Shown: positions 12,179 through 25,926 of the stretch, piece after piece
Layout of the letters: each line of letters opens with the position of its first letter
Position numbering within the stretch: the stretch's first letter is position 1
From: Ylistrum balloti
Taxonomy: Eukaryota
Assembly (NCBI RefSeq): GCF_031769215.1
Contig: NW_026782089.1
Coordinates: 248,001-312,000, forward strand
Length of the DNA stretch: 64,000 nt
Reading direction: 5' to 3'
The notes under the pieces: generated by a model
Databases searched by the model: none
Seen by the model: the letters and a program-made list of their open reading frames with translations, nothing else
What the model was told of the DNA's origin: nothing
Position numbers and translations under genes: made by a program

Positions 12179-12191
12179 TTCGATCGTAAAG

Positions 12192-15100
12192 ATGGCGGAA
12201 TCAACAAAGCTTGTACTGTTAGTGTGCCTATGCTGCTTTCAATGTATTCTGGGGAATAGCCAGTTGCCTCTCCAAGATGACTATCACGGAGCAAAGCCCA
12301 CGAGAGGGGAGCCATGGCCATTACCTCAGAGTTACTCGCCGAGCGCTGAAACCTTCTACTTGGATCGTATGTCGTTTGAGTTTCGAGCGACCGGTGCGAC
12401 TTGTGACACTCTGAATGCTGCAATACAACGTTACTCCGAGCTCCTTTTCGATGATGCACCGACCGACAAACGGCTGAAATTCTTTCCAAGATTAGACCGT
12501 TTAAGCTCAGCTGATGGAAGTGTGAATACGCTAAGTGTGCACGTTCAGGAAGCTTGTGATACGGCAGGCAACATGTACCCAGCTCTCGAATCCAATGAAG
12601 CTTGTATGTACCGAATGCAACATTCGGTTATTCATTGATTCTTTCTTTGCACATGTGACTTCTTTTCATCACTAGCGATCAAAATCATCAGTTACCTATG
12701 CCAGGGACGTATAATACAAAATCATTAGAAACTGCCTATATCTCTTTGTAACACTGTAGCCAAGATAGAAATCATCCAGAACAGTTTTTTTTAGCCATTT
12801 GTCTTCAAAAGCGCAGATCAAATTTTTTCAAAATATACAGTATTAGAAACTGCATAATTTTTCAACTTAATTTTGCAAACTTTTGTGAAAAATAATTTCT
12901 GTTAACTTTTGATATTTGTAAAGAAAAATGCATTTCAAGCTACTTACATCTTAAATACCATCCTATATTGTATATCTCTTTCTGCCCGAAATATGCACAA
13001 AATTGTTTTAGATATGATGGCCTTAAAAAGCTGAGAAATTTACCAATTGACCTGTGTCAATTTTGTGATAGGTAACTTTAATTTATTTTAGTGTTATCTT
13101 TGTCAGTGTGATGTCCATCATAGGGATATGTAAATAACTTCTGATAACAGGAGTAAGAAGACGTCACTTCATGCACAGCTTTTATCTATGGCACAGTGAA
13201 CAAACATGAAAATTAAATGAGAGAAGTCACCAATGAGCCATGTTTCTTATCCCTCTGTACTGTATGTCCCTGATATGTATATATGGATTTTATTATTTAG
13301 CGAGCAATAAAAAATTCATTGACTGTTGGAAAAATGTGGAATTGAACTGGTGTTTGGCTGATTCGTGGTTTTATGCTAGCATTATTTATAGTGGCCGGTT
13401 ATAGATATATGCATATAGGAATACTCAGTTATCGCATAGCTTATCTCTTGCTACCACTGTTGTAATAGCGAAAAAAATATAAAATTATAAAAAAAATGGA
13501 TCCTGTGTCCTTCAATGGACACCAAAAAAGTAATGAAAGAAAACATTATGAAAAGAAAATAATATTAACAAAATGACAACTTGTATATATTCATACTGGC
13601 TATTTGATACTCGTCCAAAATGTGAGAAGTGTTTATATATTTAGGACTCCTCTTTTATATTTTGAGCTACATTGTTGGAGACTACAGTGAAGTATTGATC
13701 AATAATTTATTTTCCAGATAACTTAACAGTTGAGAGTCCTAATTCCCAGTTATTGGCCAATACAGTATGGGGAGCTTTGCGGGGTTTGGAGACATTCAGT
13801 CAACTGGTTTATGAAGGATCAGAAAGCAAGGTAATACAGGCACTCCAATGAACAATGTTTCACTATGCCTAAAGGTAAAATCGTGTTAACCTCTGCTACA
13901 CTGGAAGTCGTTAATTTGAGATATGACAGATTGATGTTGACATTTTAAGATAAGTTTAATATTAACACATTATCTGATCATCTTTGTTTAAACAAACCAT
14001 TATCCTACAAATTGCTACAAGTGATTAACAACTGAGCTTATTTTGCCCAAATTTGGTTAGAAGCATCCTTTGGGAAAAGGGAATTAGTTTTGTATAAAAG
14101 GTGGGTCTCGGCCTCCTGGGATGGGAGGGACAGGTTGGGGCCCAATATGGGAATTAGTGTAATTTTTTAAAATCCTGTTCCTTTTGTAGGAATGATTGCT
14201 TTGCATTTTGCCCAAATTTGGTGTGAAGCGATTTTTTGGTAAAGAGGAATCAAACCTCACACACTTACAAATGTTCTTTATTGGTGATGAAGCCTCACTT
14301 TAAATTGTCCCATATTATACATATTGAACATGAAGCCTCACTTTAAATTGTCCCATATTATACATATTGAACATGAAGCCTCACTTTAAATTGTCTCATA
14401 TTATACATATTGAACATGAAGCCTCACTTTAAATTGTCCCATATTATACATATTGAACATGAAGCCTCACTTTAAATTGTCCCATATTATACATATTGAA
14501 CATGAAGCCTCACTTTAAATTGTCCCATATTATACATATTGAACATGAAGCCTCACTTTAAATTGTCCCATATTATACATTGGTCATGAAACTGTTTTGT
14601 CAGATTTTCATATCTATTCATTGCATTGTTCCAGTAAAATCACCAAAAATTCAAATTACAAACTAACTGTATAGTTTTTGTTTTTACCTGATGAACACCA
14701 AACAGCACCATCTAAATCATTACAGTGTGGTAGCTAGTTGGAACCAGCAGGGGATAAGCTTTAGCAATATACAGTATGCTTGTGTGTATCCTTGTCAGAA
14801 GTGTCTAGCTAATCACCAACAAGCTCAACTATTGATGAATGCATTTAAGAAGTATTGACTAGTAGATAATCTAGAGGTACTGTGAAGTGTAAAATCAATT
14901 AGTTTTATATTCCTTTAGTAAAGATATAATTCAATCATGTTTATCTTTATCAATTGTAGCTTGAGATCAACAAGACTGTCATTATGGATTTCCCACGATT
15001 CCAATACCGTGGGATTCTTTTGGATTCTTCGCGTCACTTCCTGTCTGTAGACATCATCAAAAAGAACCTGGTAATTTAATTTTGTTATCAATCATAGTAG

Positions 15101-17628
15101 AGGAAGGACACTTTTTATGATTGTCTACCCTGGTAAGAAGATGTCGTGACACATAACAAATTCTTGTTTGTTACCTAGAGGTCATTTTCATAAACTTAAG
15201 GATTTTTTATGGGACCCAAATTTGTACTTTTTAATCAGTTATAGAAGAGGGAAGAAACTTTAAATGATTATTAACTACTATGAGAAACTGAGTCACATAC
15301 TATGTTTTATCCTGAAAGGGTCAAAGTTTAAAACTTGGGGCTTCATTCTGTACCCTATACAAACTACAGAGAGTTGTTTCCAATCTATACATCTGCAGTC
15401 AGATAAACCTTACCATAATGGCTGTATACTTTAGCAATAGTTTTCATCTCAGTGTCTTGTGAAAATCTAGCTGTTCTGTTTTCAAGTAGATTAGGGAATA
15501 TGGGAACAACGACCTATTTTGTTAATTCTTTTGAAAAATATTGAAGTGTATATATCTTTTTAAAAACCCATGATGTATGTATAATGTAGATATGTTAGGA
15601 GAGGGCTTTATAATTTATGAGAACTTGCGACCAATTGCTTTTATCAGTTTCAAGGTAAATCAAATATGTTTAGATTCAATTTGATTCAACATGTCTTCCT
15701 CATTCATTTACTTTGCCTTCATAAGAATGAAATTGGTTTCTTTACTTATGTTACATACATGCAATATTTCTTTATAATTCTAATATTGAGCATGTGTTTC
15801 AGGATGCCATGGCTTATAACAAGTTCAATGTGTTCCACTGGCACATTGTAGATGATCAGTCATTCCCATATGAAAGTATCCATTTCCCTGAGATGAGTGC
15901 TGCGGTAAGGTTTATTACACCCTCGACCTCTGGGTGGGTAGCTAGGCTATGTGAGCTAGCGGCTGAGAAAAGGACCCTTATAGGCCAAAGAATGGATTTT
16001 ATATTTTTGCATCTATTCAAAATATAGACAATAATGATTAAAATGAGGTATTATCAGGATAGAACCATAATTGTCAACACAGTATCAATTTCAATTTGGA
16101 CTATTTTGCATTTGAAGGATTCATTTCTTTGTGAATGTTGAAATGTCATGAAATTTTGACACATCTATTTTATGAAGTGTATGTATCATTGGTTGTCTTT
16201 CCCTTAAGCTCAGACTTTCATTGGTAAGATTTTAAGTACATGTACTAAACACCATTGATAATCCTTTCAGGATGAAGAAAATCTGATCGAGTTCTTTTTC
16301 TGGCTGGTGACATATAGGTGTTACTTAAAGTAAATGAACATTAAAATATAGTGTAAGTGGTTTTGTACATACAGTTATGACACATTTTATTTGCATTATT
16401 ATATTTGATCTGTTTCAGGGATCTTATTTTGGTCTGTCTCACACTTACACTCAAGCCGACATCAGAGATATTGTAGAATATGCAAGGCTGAGGGGGATCA
16501 GGGTGGTCCCTGAGTTTGATACACCAGGTAGTCAAAGTCACATAAAAGTTTTTTTTTTATTTCTCCTTTTTTCAAATATTGATAATTGTAGGGATTTTGA
16601 TTTTTGACAGAAAACATTGTAAACCTTGAAGTAAGCTATGTCCAGGTTAGGAATCTTATCATATATATATTACAGTTCTAATGATGTCATTGGGCCCTTT
16701 CTTATATTTTGTGCATAAGATTTTTTTTTCACTGATTGACTCATAGCAGGCTTAGATATAAATATTAAGTATTTAATATCTATTCTTTAAACTAGATTCC
16801 TGTCTGACTTCAGACATCCATCTCTCAGAAATGTTGTATATCGGGCCATGTCTTGTACATGTACAATGTTATTGTTGCTATGCCCTGGTTTTATTGTTTT
16901 CACTAGGCCACACTCAGTCCTGGGGGAAGGCGATACAAAACTTGCTGACAAAATGTTACTCTTCCGGGAAACTAAATGGTAACTATGGGCCCATTGATCC
17001 CACCCTCAACTCAACATATGCCTTCTTGACCAAATTTTTTGGCGAGGTAGCCGAGGTGTTCCCTGACCACTATATCCACTTGGGTGGGGACGAGGTGTCC
17101 TTCTCCTGCTGGTAGGTGTTCTATAGTACGATTTGTGTTTATCTACAGATTAATGTGAATATTCCTTATGTGTTGAGATAACCACGACATGATGATGTGA
17201 TCAGAGTAGCCTCTGTTTAGCCTGAAATAAGCAGAGGGAACTAACACAGAATGTTTATTTAATCTTGTCGCAGACTTATCATGAATGTGCTACTCATTCC
17301 TATCAAAGCGTGTAATTAATTTCTTATATAGGTTTCAAAAACAAGAATAGCACATAAATGTATATATAGTTTGACTTTGAGAGAAATAGAATATTGCATG
17401 TGAGTTATTAAAGAAATCTCACTAGATTTAGTTCATTTGATTGGATTGTATATTTGTACAGGGTGAACATATTGATTTCAGTTTAATGGTATTAGTAAAG
17501 AACATGTATAATATCATGATATTTATCGATACCTATTTCAGGCAGAGCAATCCCGACATCACAGATTTCATGAAGAAAATGTCCTTTGGTACCAACTATG
17601 CAGAATTGGAGCAGTATTACATGCAGAA
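12192..17628 (+). CDS. HEXB: Beta-hexosaminidase (GH20, HEXA/HEXB-like), 5' seven coding exons only (~380 aa); 3' exons not found
   Basis: Exons 12192-12603, 13718-13830, 14960-15070, 15803-15904, 16419-16527, 16907-17111 and 17542-17628 are all GT-AG with consistent phases. The protein has a signal peptide and the motifs [62 protein letters not shown] and the catalytic HLGGDEV. The symbol denotes the HEXA/HEXB family, not proven orthology. Confidence 0.93.
14287..14590 (+). repeat. 43-bp tandem repeat, 7 copies, in hexosaminidase intron 2
   Basis: ATGAAGCCTCACTTTAAATTGTCCCATATTATACATATTGAAC starts at 14287, 14330 and onward. Confidence 0.95.
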
Positions 17629-17670
17629 GTATGTATTTATAATTTCACATTTGGCATACTCAGTACTGAT

Positions 17671-20600
17671 TCTGTATTGTGTTAGACTTTTAGGATGATT
17701 GTGTACTGTCTGTGTTAGGATGGTTGTGTACTGTCTGTGTTAGACTTTAGGATGATTGTGTACTGTCTGTGTTAGACTTTAGGATGATTGTGTACTGTCT
17801 GTGTTAGACTTTAGGATGATTGTGTACTGTCTGTGTTAGACTTTTAGGATGATTGTGTACTGTCTGTGTTAGACTTTAGGATGATTGTGTATTGTCTGTG
17901 TTAGACTTTAGGATGATTGTGTACTGTCTGTGTGTTATTGTGACTGTGTTAGACTTTAGGATGACTGTCTGTGTTGTGTATTGTCTGTGTTAGACTTTAG
18001 GATGATTGTGTGTTGTCTGTGTTAGACTTTAGGATGATTGTGTACTGTGTTAGACTTTAGGATGATTGTGTACTGTGTTAGACTTTAGGATGATTGTGTA
18101 CTGTCTGTGTTAGACTTTAGGATGATTGTGTACTGTCTGTGTTAGACTTTAGGATGATTGTGTACTGTGTTAGACTTTAGGATGATTGTGTACTGTCTGT
18201 GTTAGACTTTAGGATGATTGTGTACTGTCTGTGTTAGACTTTAGGATGATTGTGTATTGTCTGTGTTAGACTTTAGGATGATTGTGTACTGTCTGTGTTA
18301 GACTTTAGGATGATTGTGTATTGTCTGTGTTAGACTTTAGGATGATTGTGTATTGTCTGTGTTAGACTTTAGGATGATTGTGTACTGTCTGTGTTAGACT
18401 TTAGGATGATTGTGTATTGTCTGTGTTAGACTTTAGGATGATTGTGTATTGTCTGTGTTAGACTTTAGGATGATTGTGTATTGTCTGTGTTAGACTTTAG
18501 GATGATTGTGTACTGTCTGTGTTAGACTTTAGGATGATTGTGTACTGTCTGTGTTAGACTTTAGGATGATTGTGTATTGTCTGTGTTAGACTTTAGGATG
18601 ATTGTGTACTGTCTGTGTTAGACTTTAGGATGATTGTGTACTGTGTTAGACTTTAGGATGATTGTGTACTGTCTGTGTTAGACTTTATGATGATTGTGTA
18701 CTGTCTGTGTTAGACTTTAGGATGATTGTGTACTGTGTTAGACTTTAGGATGATTGTGTACTGTCTGTGTTAGACTTTAGGATGATTGTGTACTGTCTGT
18801 GTTAGACTTTAGGATGATTGTGTACTGTCTGTGTTAGACTTTAGGATGATTGTGTATTGTCTGTGTTAGACTTTTAGGATGATTGTGTATTGTCTGTGTT
18901 AGACTTTAGGATGATTGTATACTGTGTTAGACTTTAGGATGATTGTGTATTGTCTGTGTTAGACTTTAGGATGATTGTGTATTGTCTGTGTTAGACTTTA
19001 GGATGATTGTGTACTGTCTATGTTAGACTTTAGGATGATTGTGTACTGTGTTAGACAGTAGCATGATTGTGCACTGTCTGTGTTAGACTTTTAGGATGAT
19101 TGTGTACTGTGTTAGACTTTAGGATGATTGTGTACTGTCTGTGTTAGACTTTTAGGATGATTGTGTACTGTCTGTGTTAGACTTTAGGATGATTGTGTGT
19201 TGTCTGTGTTAGACTTTAGGATGATTGTGTGTTGTCTGTGTTAGACTTTAGGATGATTGTGTACTGTCTGTGTTAGACTTTAGGATGATTGTGTACTGTC
19301 TGTGTTAGACTTTAGGATGATTGTGTACTGTCTGTGTTAGACTTTATGATGATTGTGTACTGTCTGTGTTAGACTTTAGGATGATTGTGTACTGTCTGTG
19401 TTAGACTTTAGGATGATTGTGTATTGTCTGTGTTAGACTTTTAGGATGATTGTGTATTGTCTGTGTTAGACTTTAGGATGATTGTGTATTGTCTGTGTTA
19501 GACTTTAGGATGATTGTGTACTGTCTGTGTTAGACTTTAGGATGATTGTGTATTGTCTGTGTTAGACTTTAGGATGATTGTGTATTGTCTGTGTTAGACT
19601 TTAGGATGATTGTGTATTGTCTGTGTTAGACTTTTAGGATGATTGTGTATTGTCTGTGTTAGACTTTAGGATGATTGTGTACTGTGTTAGACTTTAGGAT
19701 GATTGTGTACTGTCTGTGTTAGACTTTAGGATGATTGTGTACTGTCTGTGTTAGACTTTAGGATGATTGTGTACTGTCTGTGTGTTAGACTTTAGGATGA
19801 TTGTGTACTGTCTGTGTTAGACTTTAGGATGATTGTGTACTGTGTTGACTTTAGGATGATTGTGTACTGTCTGTGTTAGACTTTAGGATGATTGTGTACT
19901 GTCTGTGTTAGACTTTAGGATGATTGTGTACTGTATTAGACTTTAGGATGATTGTGTGTTGTCTGTGTTAGACTTTAGGATGATTGTGTACTGTCTGTGT
20001 TAGACTTTAGGATGATTGTGTACTGTCTGTGTTAGACTTTAGGATGATTGTATACTGTCTGTGTTAGACTTTAGGATGATTGTATACTGTCTGTGTTAGA
20101 CTTTAGGATGATTGTGTACTGTGTTAGACTTTAGGATGATTGTGTATTGTCTGTGTTAGACTTTAGGATGATTGTGTACTGTCTGTGTTAGACTTTAGGA
20201 TGATTGTGTGTTGTCTGTGTTAGACTTTAGGATGATTGTGTACTGTCTGTGTTAGACTTTAGGATGATTGTGTATTGTCTGTGTTAGACTTTAGGATGAT
20301 TGTGTACTGTCTGTGTTAGACTTTAGGATGATTGTGTACTGTCTGTGTTAGACTTTAGGATGATTGTGTGTTGTCTGTGTTAGACTTTTAGGATGATTGT
20401 GTACTGTCTGTGTTAGACTTTAGGATGATTGTGTACTGTCTGTGTTAGACTTTAGGATGATTGTGTACTGTCTGTGTTAGACTTTAGGATGATTGTGTAC
20501 TGTCTGTGTTAGACTTTATTGTCTGTGGATGATTGTGTACTGTCTGTGTTAGACTGTTAGGATGATTGTGTACTGTCTGTGTTAGACTTTAGGATGATGT

Positions 20601-22400
20601 CTGTGTTAGACTTTAGGATGATTGTGTACTGTCTGTGTTAGACTTTAGGATGATTGTGTACTGTCTGTGTTAGACTTTAGGATGATTGTGTGTTGTCTGT
20701 GATAGACCTTTAGGATGATTGTGTACTGTCTGTGTTAGACTTTAGGATGATTGTGTATTGTCTGTGTTAGACTTTACGATGATTGTGTACTGTCTGTTAG
20801 ACTGTGTTGTACTGTCTGTGTTAGACTTTAGGATGATTGTATACTGTCTGTGTTAGACTTTAGGATGATTGTATACTGTCTGTGTTAGACTTTAGGATGA
20901 TTGTGTACTGTCTGTGTTAGACTTTAGGATGATTGTGTACTGTCTGTGTTAGACTTTAGGATGATTGTGTACTGTCTGTGTTAGACTTTAGGATGATTGT
21001 GTACTGTCTGTGTTAGACTTTAGGATGATTGTGTACTGTCTGTGTTAGACTTTAGGATGATTGTGTACTGTGTTAGACTTTAGGATGATTGTGTGTTGTC
21101 TGTGTTAGACTTTAGGATGATTGTGTACTGTCTGTGTTAGACTTTAGGATGATTGTGTACTGTCTGTGTTAGACTTTAGGATGATTGTGTACTATCACAA
21201 TTAATTACTCCAGACACAGTGTTGTCTCTCGTAGACGTTAGGATGATTGTGTACTGTCTGTGTTACTGTGTTAGAGGATGATTGTGTACTGTGTTAGACT
21301 TTAGGATGATTGTGTATTGTCTGTGTTAGACTTTAGGATGATTGTATACTGTCTGTGTTAGACTTTAGGATGGTTGTGTACTGTCTGTGTTAGACTTTAG
21401 GATGATTGTGTACTGTCTGTGTTAGACTTTAGGATGATTGTGTGTTGTCTGTGTTAGACTTTAGGATGATTGTGTGTTGTCTGTGTTAGACTTTAGGATG
21501 ATTGTGTACTGTCTGTGTTAGACTTTAGGATGATTGTGTACTGTGTTAGACTTTAGGATGATTGTGTATTGTCTGTGTTAGACTTTAGGATGATTGTGTA
21601 CTGTCTGTGTTAGACTTTAGGATGATTGTGTATTGTCTGTGTTAGACTTTAGGATGATTGTGTACTGTCTGTGTTAGACTTTAGGATGATTGTGTACTGT
21701 CTGTGTTAGACTTTAGGATGATTGTGTACTGTCTGTGTTAGACTTTAGGATGATTGTACTTTCTGTGTTAGACTTAAGGACTTTAGGATGATTGTGTACT
21801 GTGTTAGACTTTAGGATGATTGTGTGTTGTCTGTGTTAGACTTTAGGATGATTGTGTACTGTCTGTGTTAGACTTTAGGATGATTGTGTACTGTCTGTGT
21901 TAGACTTTAGGATGATTGTGTACTGTCTGTGTTAGACTTTAGGATGATTGTGTACTGTCTGTGTTAGACTTTGATGATTGTGTACTGTCTGTGTTAGACT
22001 TTAGGATGATTGTGTACTGTCTGTGTTAGACTTTAGGATGATTGTGTACTGTCTGTGTTAGACTTTAGGATGATTGTGTACTGTCTGTGTTAGACTTTAG
22101 GATGATTGTGTATTGTCTGTGTTAGACTTTAGGATGATTGTGTATTGTCTGTGTTAGACTTTATGATGATTGTGTGTTGTCTGTGTTAGACTTTAGGATG
22201 ATTGTGTATTGTCTGTGTTAGACTTTAGGATGATTGTGTGTTGTCTGTGTTAGACTTTAGGATGGTTGTGTACTGTCTGTGTTAGACTTTAGGATGATTG
22301 TATACTGTCTGTGTTAGTGTCTGTCTGTGTTAGACTTTTAGGATGATTGTGTACTGTCTGTGTTAGACTTTAGGATGATTGTGTACTGTCTGTGTTAGAC
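17671..22400 (+). repeat. 32-bp satellite (GACTTTAGGATGATTGTGTACTGTCTGTGTTA), ~150 copies, with 28- and 33-bp variants
   Basis: Read directly. It begins ~45 bp after the exon-7 donor and abuts the transposon TIR. Confidence 0.97.
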
Positions 22401-22401
22401 T

Positions 22402-25400
22402 GCCTTCTGGCGGCCATGGCCGATATTTTTTATTTCTTGTGTAGGAATTCCTTGGGGTTAGGTGGTCATGATATGACATAAAATTAAGGTCAGATCTGAG
22501 CCATTCATTAGTTATGGGGGGGTAAAGTGGGGGGTAAAATTCATAAACAGCTCCATTATGACAAACCTACATTATATTTTTGGATTTTTTCTTCTTAATT
22601 TTCATGTAATAATCCATATCAAAACATTCATTAGTAAAATTGATTGAAAAAAATATTCCATTGTTGAAAAGTAGGTCATGGTAATTAAGCTCATTAATTG
22701 CGAATTATATTAAAGATGAACTTAATTTTCTGCCTTAATGTACATAAAAACAATACCTTTATCATGTACCATGTTTTAATAAGAAATATTTTTGCATACT
22801 TTAAAGAAAACAAAGAAGAGGCGGTGCTTTGAATTTTAGTTCGACAACTTTGACCATATGTCTGTATCTAGTGGTTTTACCGAAGTATTAACACAGAAAT
22901 GGCTAATGAAAGATATCAATCTTAACCTCTAGTGTTGCATTTCACTCCACTATACATACAATGGTCGTACACATAGTTAGTTACTCATTGTCACTGTCAG
23001 ACTCAGACCAGTCCTCAATCATCATTGCGTCATCAGCACAGCTGAGGTAGCTTGATGAGGCAGTTGGGTGTGCTATCCTAGACTGGTGTCGCTCATAAGA
23101 AAGGTACCAGAGAACAGATGCAATATGGGCACAGCAGCCCACTACCCTGGCACCAACCTTACACTGGCAATACCAACCAGATATAGGAGTCAAACCAGGG
23201 GAATACTCAATCCACAGGTTGTACAGTTTCGAAGCAACATGTCTGGAACGAATCTGAACTTTAATTAAGCCAGGCTTTTCCCTGCATGCCATTAATTCAT
23301 ATTGGCCATCTTCAGACAAGTGCTCCATGGTATATGACTTTGCCTGCTTCAACTGATATACTCCCATGGTAAGATCTCTCAACTCCGGTTCTGTCAGCTG
23401 AGGAAAGTCAGGCAAACTGGCCTCATCAAGCTTGACCCATATGGCTCTTTTCCTAGCCAAACCTTCTTTTTCAACTTGAATTTGCAATTTATTGGGACAT
23501 TTTGACAGAGCCAACATTCACTCAGCAATGATGAGGTCATTGGGAGAATCAGAGGCAAGTGGGGGGCGAAAAGCATTACAAATTGCACACACAATTCTCA
23601 CAAAATCACCTACAACTGGAATGAGAGTGTTGGGCAAAACATGCCCAAGGTCTTCCACTGCTTAATCCACCCATTTGCCGACTCCACAACCCACCTTACC
23701 TTTGTTACAAGACGAGATTCGTTTGCCTCAGTATGTGTGTGTTGTTTCTGCCCCTTTGGCAAGAAAAATGGCATTTCTGTTTTGATGCCAGCATCATTCA
23801 ACAGTTCTGTCACATCTTTGAAGCCTCTGTCAACGACAAGAACATCATCATCTTGAAACCAATCCTTGATGTTCTCAGTGTTAGTTTTCAACATGTGTTT
23901 TGTAATGTTGGCGTCATTATTTTGACCGTCTGCTAAATATGGGCCTAGGACAGACAGTATATAGCCATCTGAGGCCACAAGAAGCATTGGTTTCAGGAGA
24001 GGGCGTCCTTTGTGCATGGAAAAAGAGCGTCGTTGGAAAGTATAGTTGCTGGACTTTTCAACATAAATATATGTGCCATCAGCAACAGCTATAGCGACAT
24101 CTTCACCAGAGGCAAACATCTTCCTTGCAAATACCGTTGTATGGTTTTGAATTACTTGTTCTCTAGTGATGTGTTGCAGGCCAAGGTGTGAAGGAACGAA
24201 GTGGGTCATCAATGCTTGGCGAGCTGAATGAATACATTTTCCACATATTCTCTTTGTCATGTTGAACAGAGAAGCTAATATTGATAAAGACATGCCAGTC
24301 CTCAACTTTACAAGCAGGATGGCTAATGCAGTCCTTGCGCTTCTGTTCAGTGTAGAGTAAAGAGAGGGATTAACTGATCGTAAAAGGTCAGAAAATTGAT
24401 TTTTATACAGACCTGTGAGACGGTAGTAATCTTGATCAGTTAATCCATCTGAGGAATCAAAGTCTAAACAACTTTTCTTTGAAGCAGCTGCCCTAAGTGT
24501 CAAAAGGATCTCTGATATTTCAGAAGAATCCAGTTCAGTGTCTTTGCTGGAATATGCGAGTGAAGATAGACTATCAGATGGGAAATCACCATTCACTATG
24601 TGGGAAGAACAACATCTGCAGGTGTTTGGGACAAGGATACCTGTCTTAATAAAAATCTTTACTCGCATTTCTGTTGAGAGCATTACCATTTTACTTTTAC
24701 ATTCCTCTCTTAACATTTTACAAATGAAACATCGAGATTCACCTAATGTAGCCCGTGGAATGTCAAGTTTGATTTTTTTGTTTTCAGGTGACTCAAGCTG
24801 GTGCTCTACATCGCTACTAGGATGTTCAGTAGATGAATGGTGATTGTAGTATCTTCCCCTGCATTTTTTACATACGGGGTCACCAAACCTTAAGGCATCA
24901 TTAATATTTGCTTTCAAGTAAGACAGAATGTCTGTTTTATTCAGACAACAGAGCCTTACTTTATATTGTGCTTTACAACAAGCGCACTGCCTGTGCACTG
25001 GCATATTGATAAAAGAAAAGAAAACAGGGCATAAACTTAGAAAACACTCCTTATTAAAACCTTAATTTGGATGAACAAAATTATGAACAACAGTTGAATT
25101 ACAATTATATGTCTAAATTATATGTACAATATCAGTGACAGTCAAACCAAGAAAGTATACTAAAATCGCTGAGGTTGTGAAGTGTAGTTGCCACGTATTA
25201 ATTGTATATATAAGGGTATATGAACTGTCTGAGACAAGGTGCACATGTATACTCACCGGTAGACACAAAGATCCTTAACAAGGTATATGTCAGGGGATGG
25301 CATTATATCCCGCCATTTTAGCTTAAAGCTCAACCAGCCGTACCAAACTGGTTTAAATATCTCTACATTTATCAAGCAATTTATTTTAAACAGTTCTTAA

Positions 25401-25926
25401 TGCAGTACAATTTAACATTTATTTATTAGATATTTATTATCAAATATAATTACAAAAGACAACTCTGATATCAACCAAAAGTTGTCAAAAGTGTGAACCC
25501 GCCCCCTCCCATTAATTAATTCTCCATTTTCTATAAAGTATTCAAAAATAAATCTTACTAAAGCATGACACATGATAAAGGTATTGTTTTTATGTGCATT
25601 AAGGCAGAAAATTAAGTTCATCTTTAATATAATTAGCAATTAATGAGCTTAATTACCATGACCTACTTTTCAACAATGGAATATTTTTTTCAATCAATTT
25701 TACTAATGAATGTTTTGATATGGATTATTACATGAAAATTAAGAAGAAAAAATCCAAAAATATAATGTAGGTTTGTCATAATGGAGCTGTTTATGAATTT
25801 TACCCCCCACTTTACCCCCCCCCCATAACTAATGAATGGCTTAATTATATGTCATATCATGACCGCCTAACCCCAAGGAATTCCTACACAAGAAATAAAA
25901 AATATCGGTCATGGCCGCCAGAAGGC
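22402..25926 (-). mobile_element. PIF/Harbinger-ISL2EU-type DNA transposon with ~390-bp terminal inverted repeats
   Basis: 22402-~22795 is the reverse complement of ~25543-25926 (GCCTTCTGGCGGCCATG...), with a 12-nt insertion on the left. The interior encodes a DDE_Tnp_4-like transposase. No TSD is recognisable. Confidence 0.88.
22981..25004 (-). pseudogene. Disrupted DDE transposase (Cys-rich N-terminus, HTH, DDE core, C-terminal SWIM-type zinc finger)
   Basis: Catalytic motifs VADGTYIYVEK, VVDRGFKD and RWVVESANGWIK are present, plus HTH-like LAILLVKLRTG and SWIM-like WYCQCKVGARVVGCCAHIASVLWYL. A 1-nt frameshift near 23641 and an in-frame TGA at 23520-23518 split it into the two track ORFs. 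Confidence 0.88.

Noticed and set aside
14040-14260. Possible decayed bivalve interspersed repeat in HEX intron 2
   Set aside because: The resemblance is from memory only, and no termini or TSD are identifiable.
21190-21240. Unique ~45-bp insert within the 32-bp satellite (potential spacer or exon)
   Set aside because: It is a single occurrence among other noisy patches (20515, 20790, 21770) and has no HEX-like coding frame. It is probably consensus error or a small insertion.
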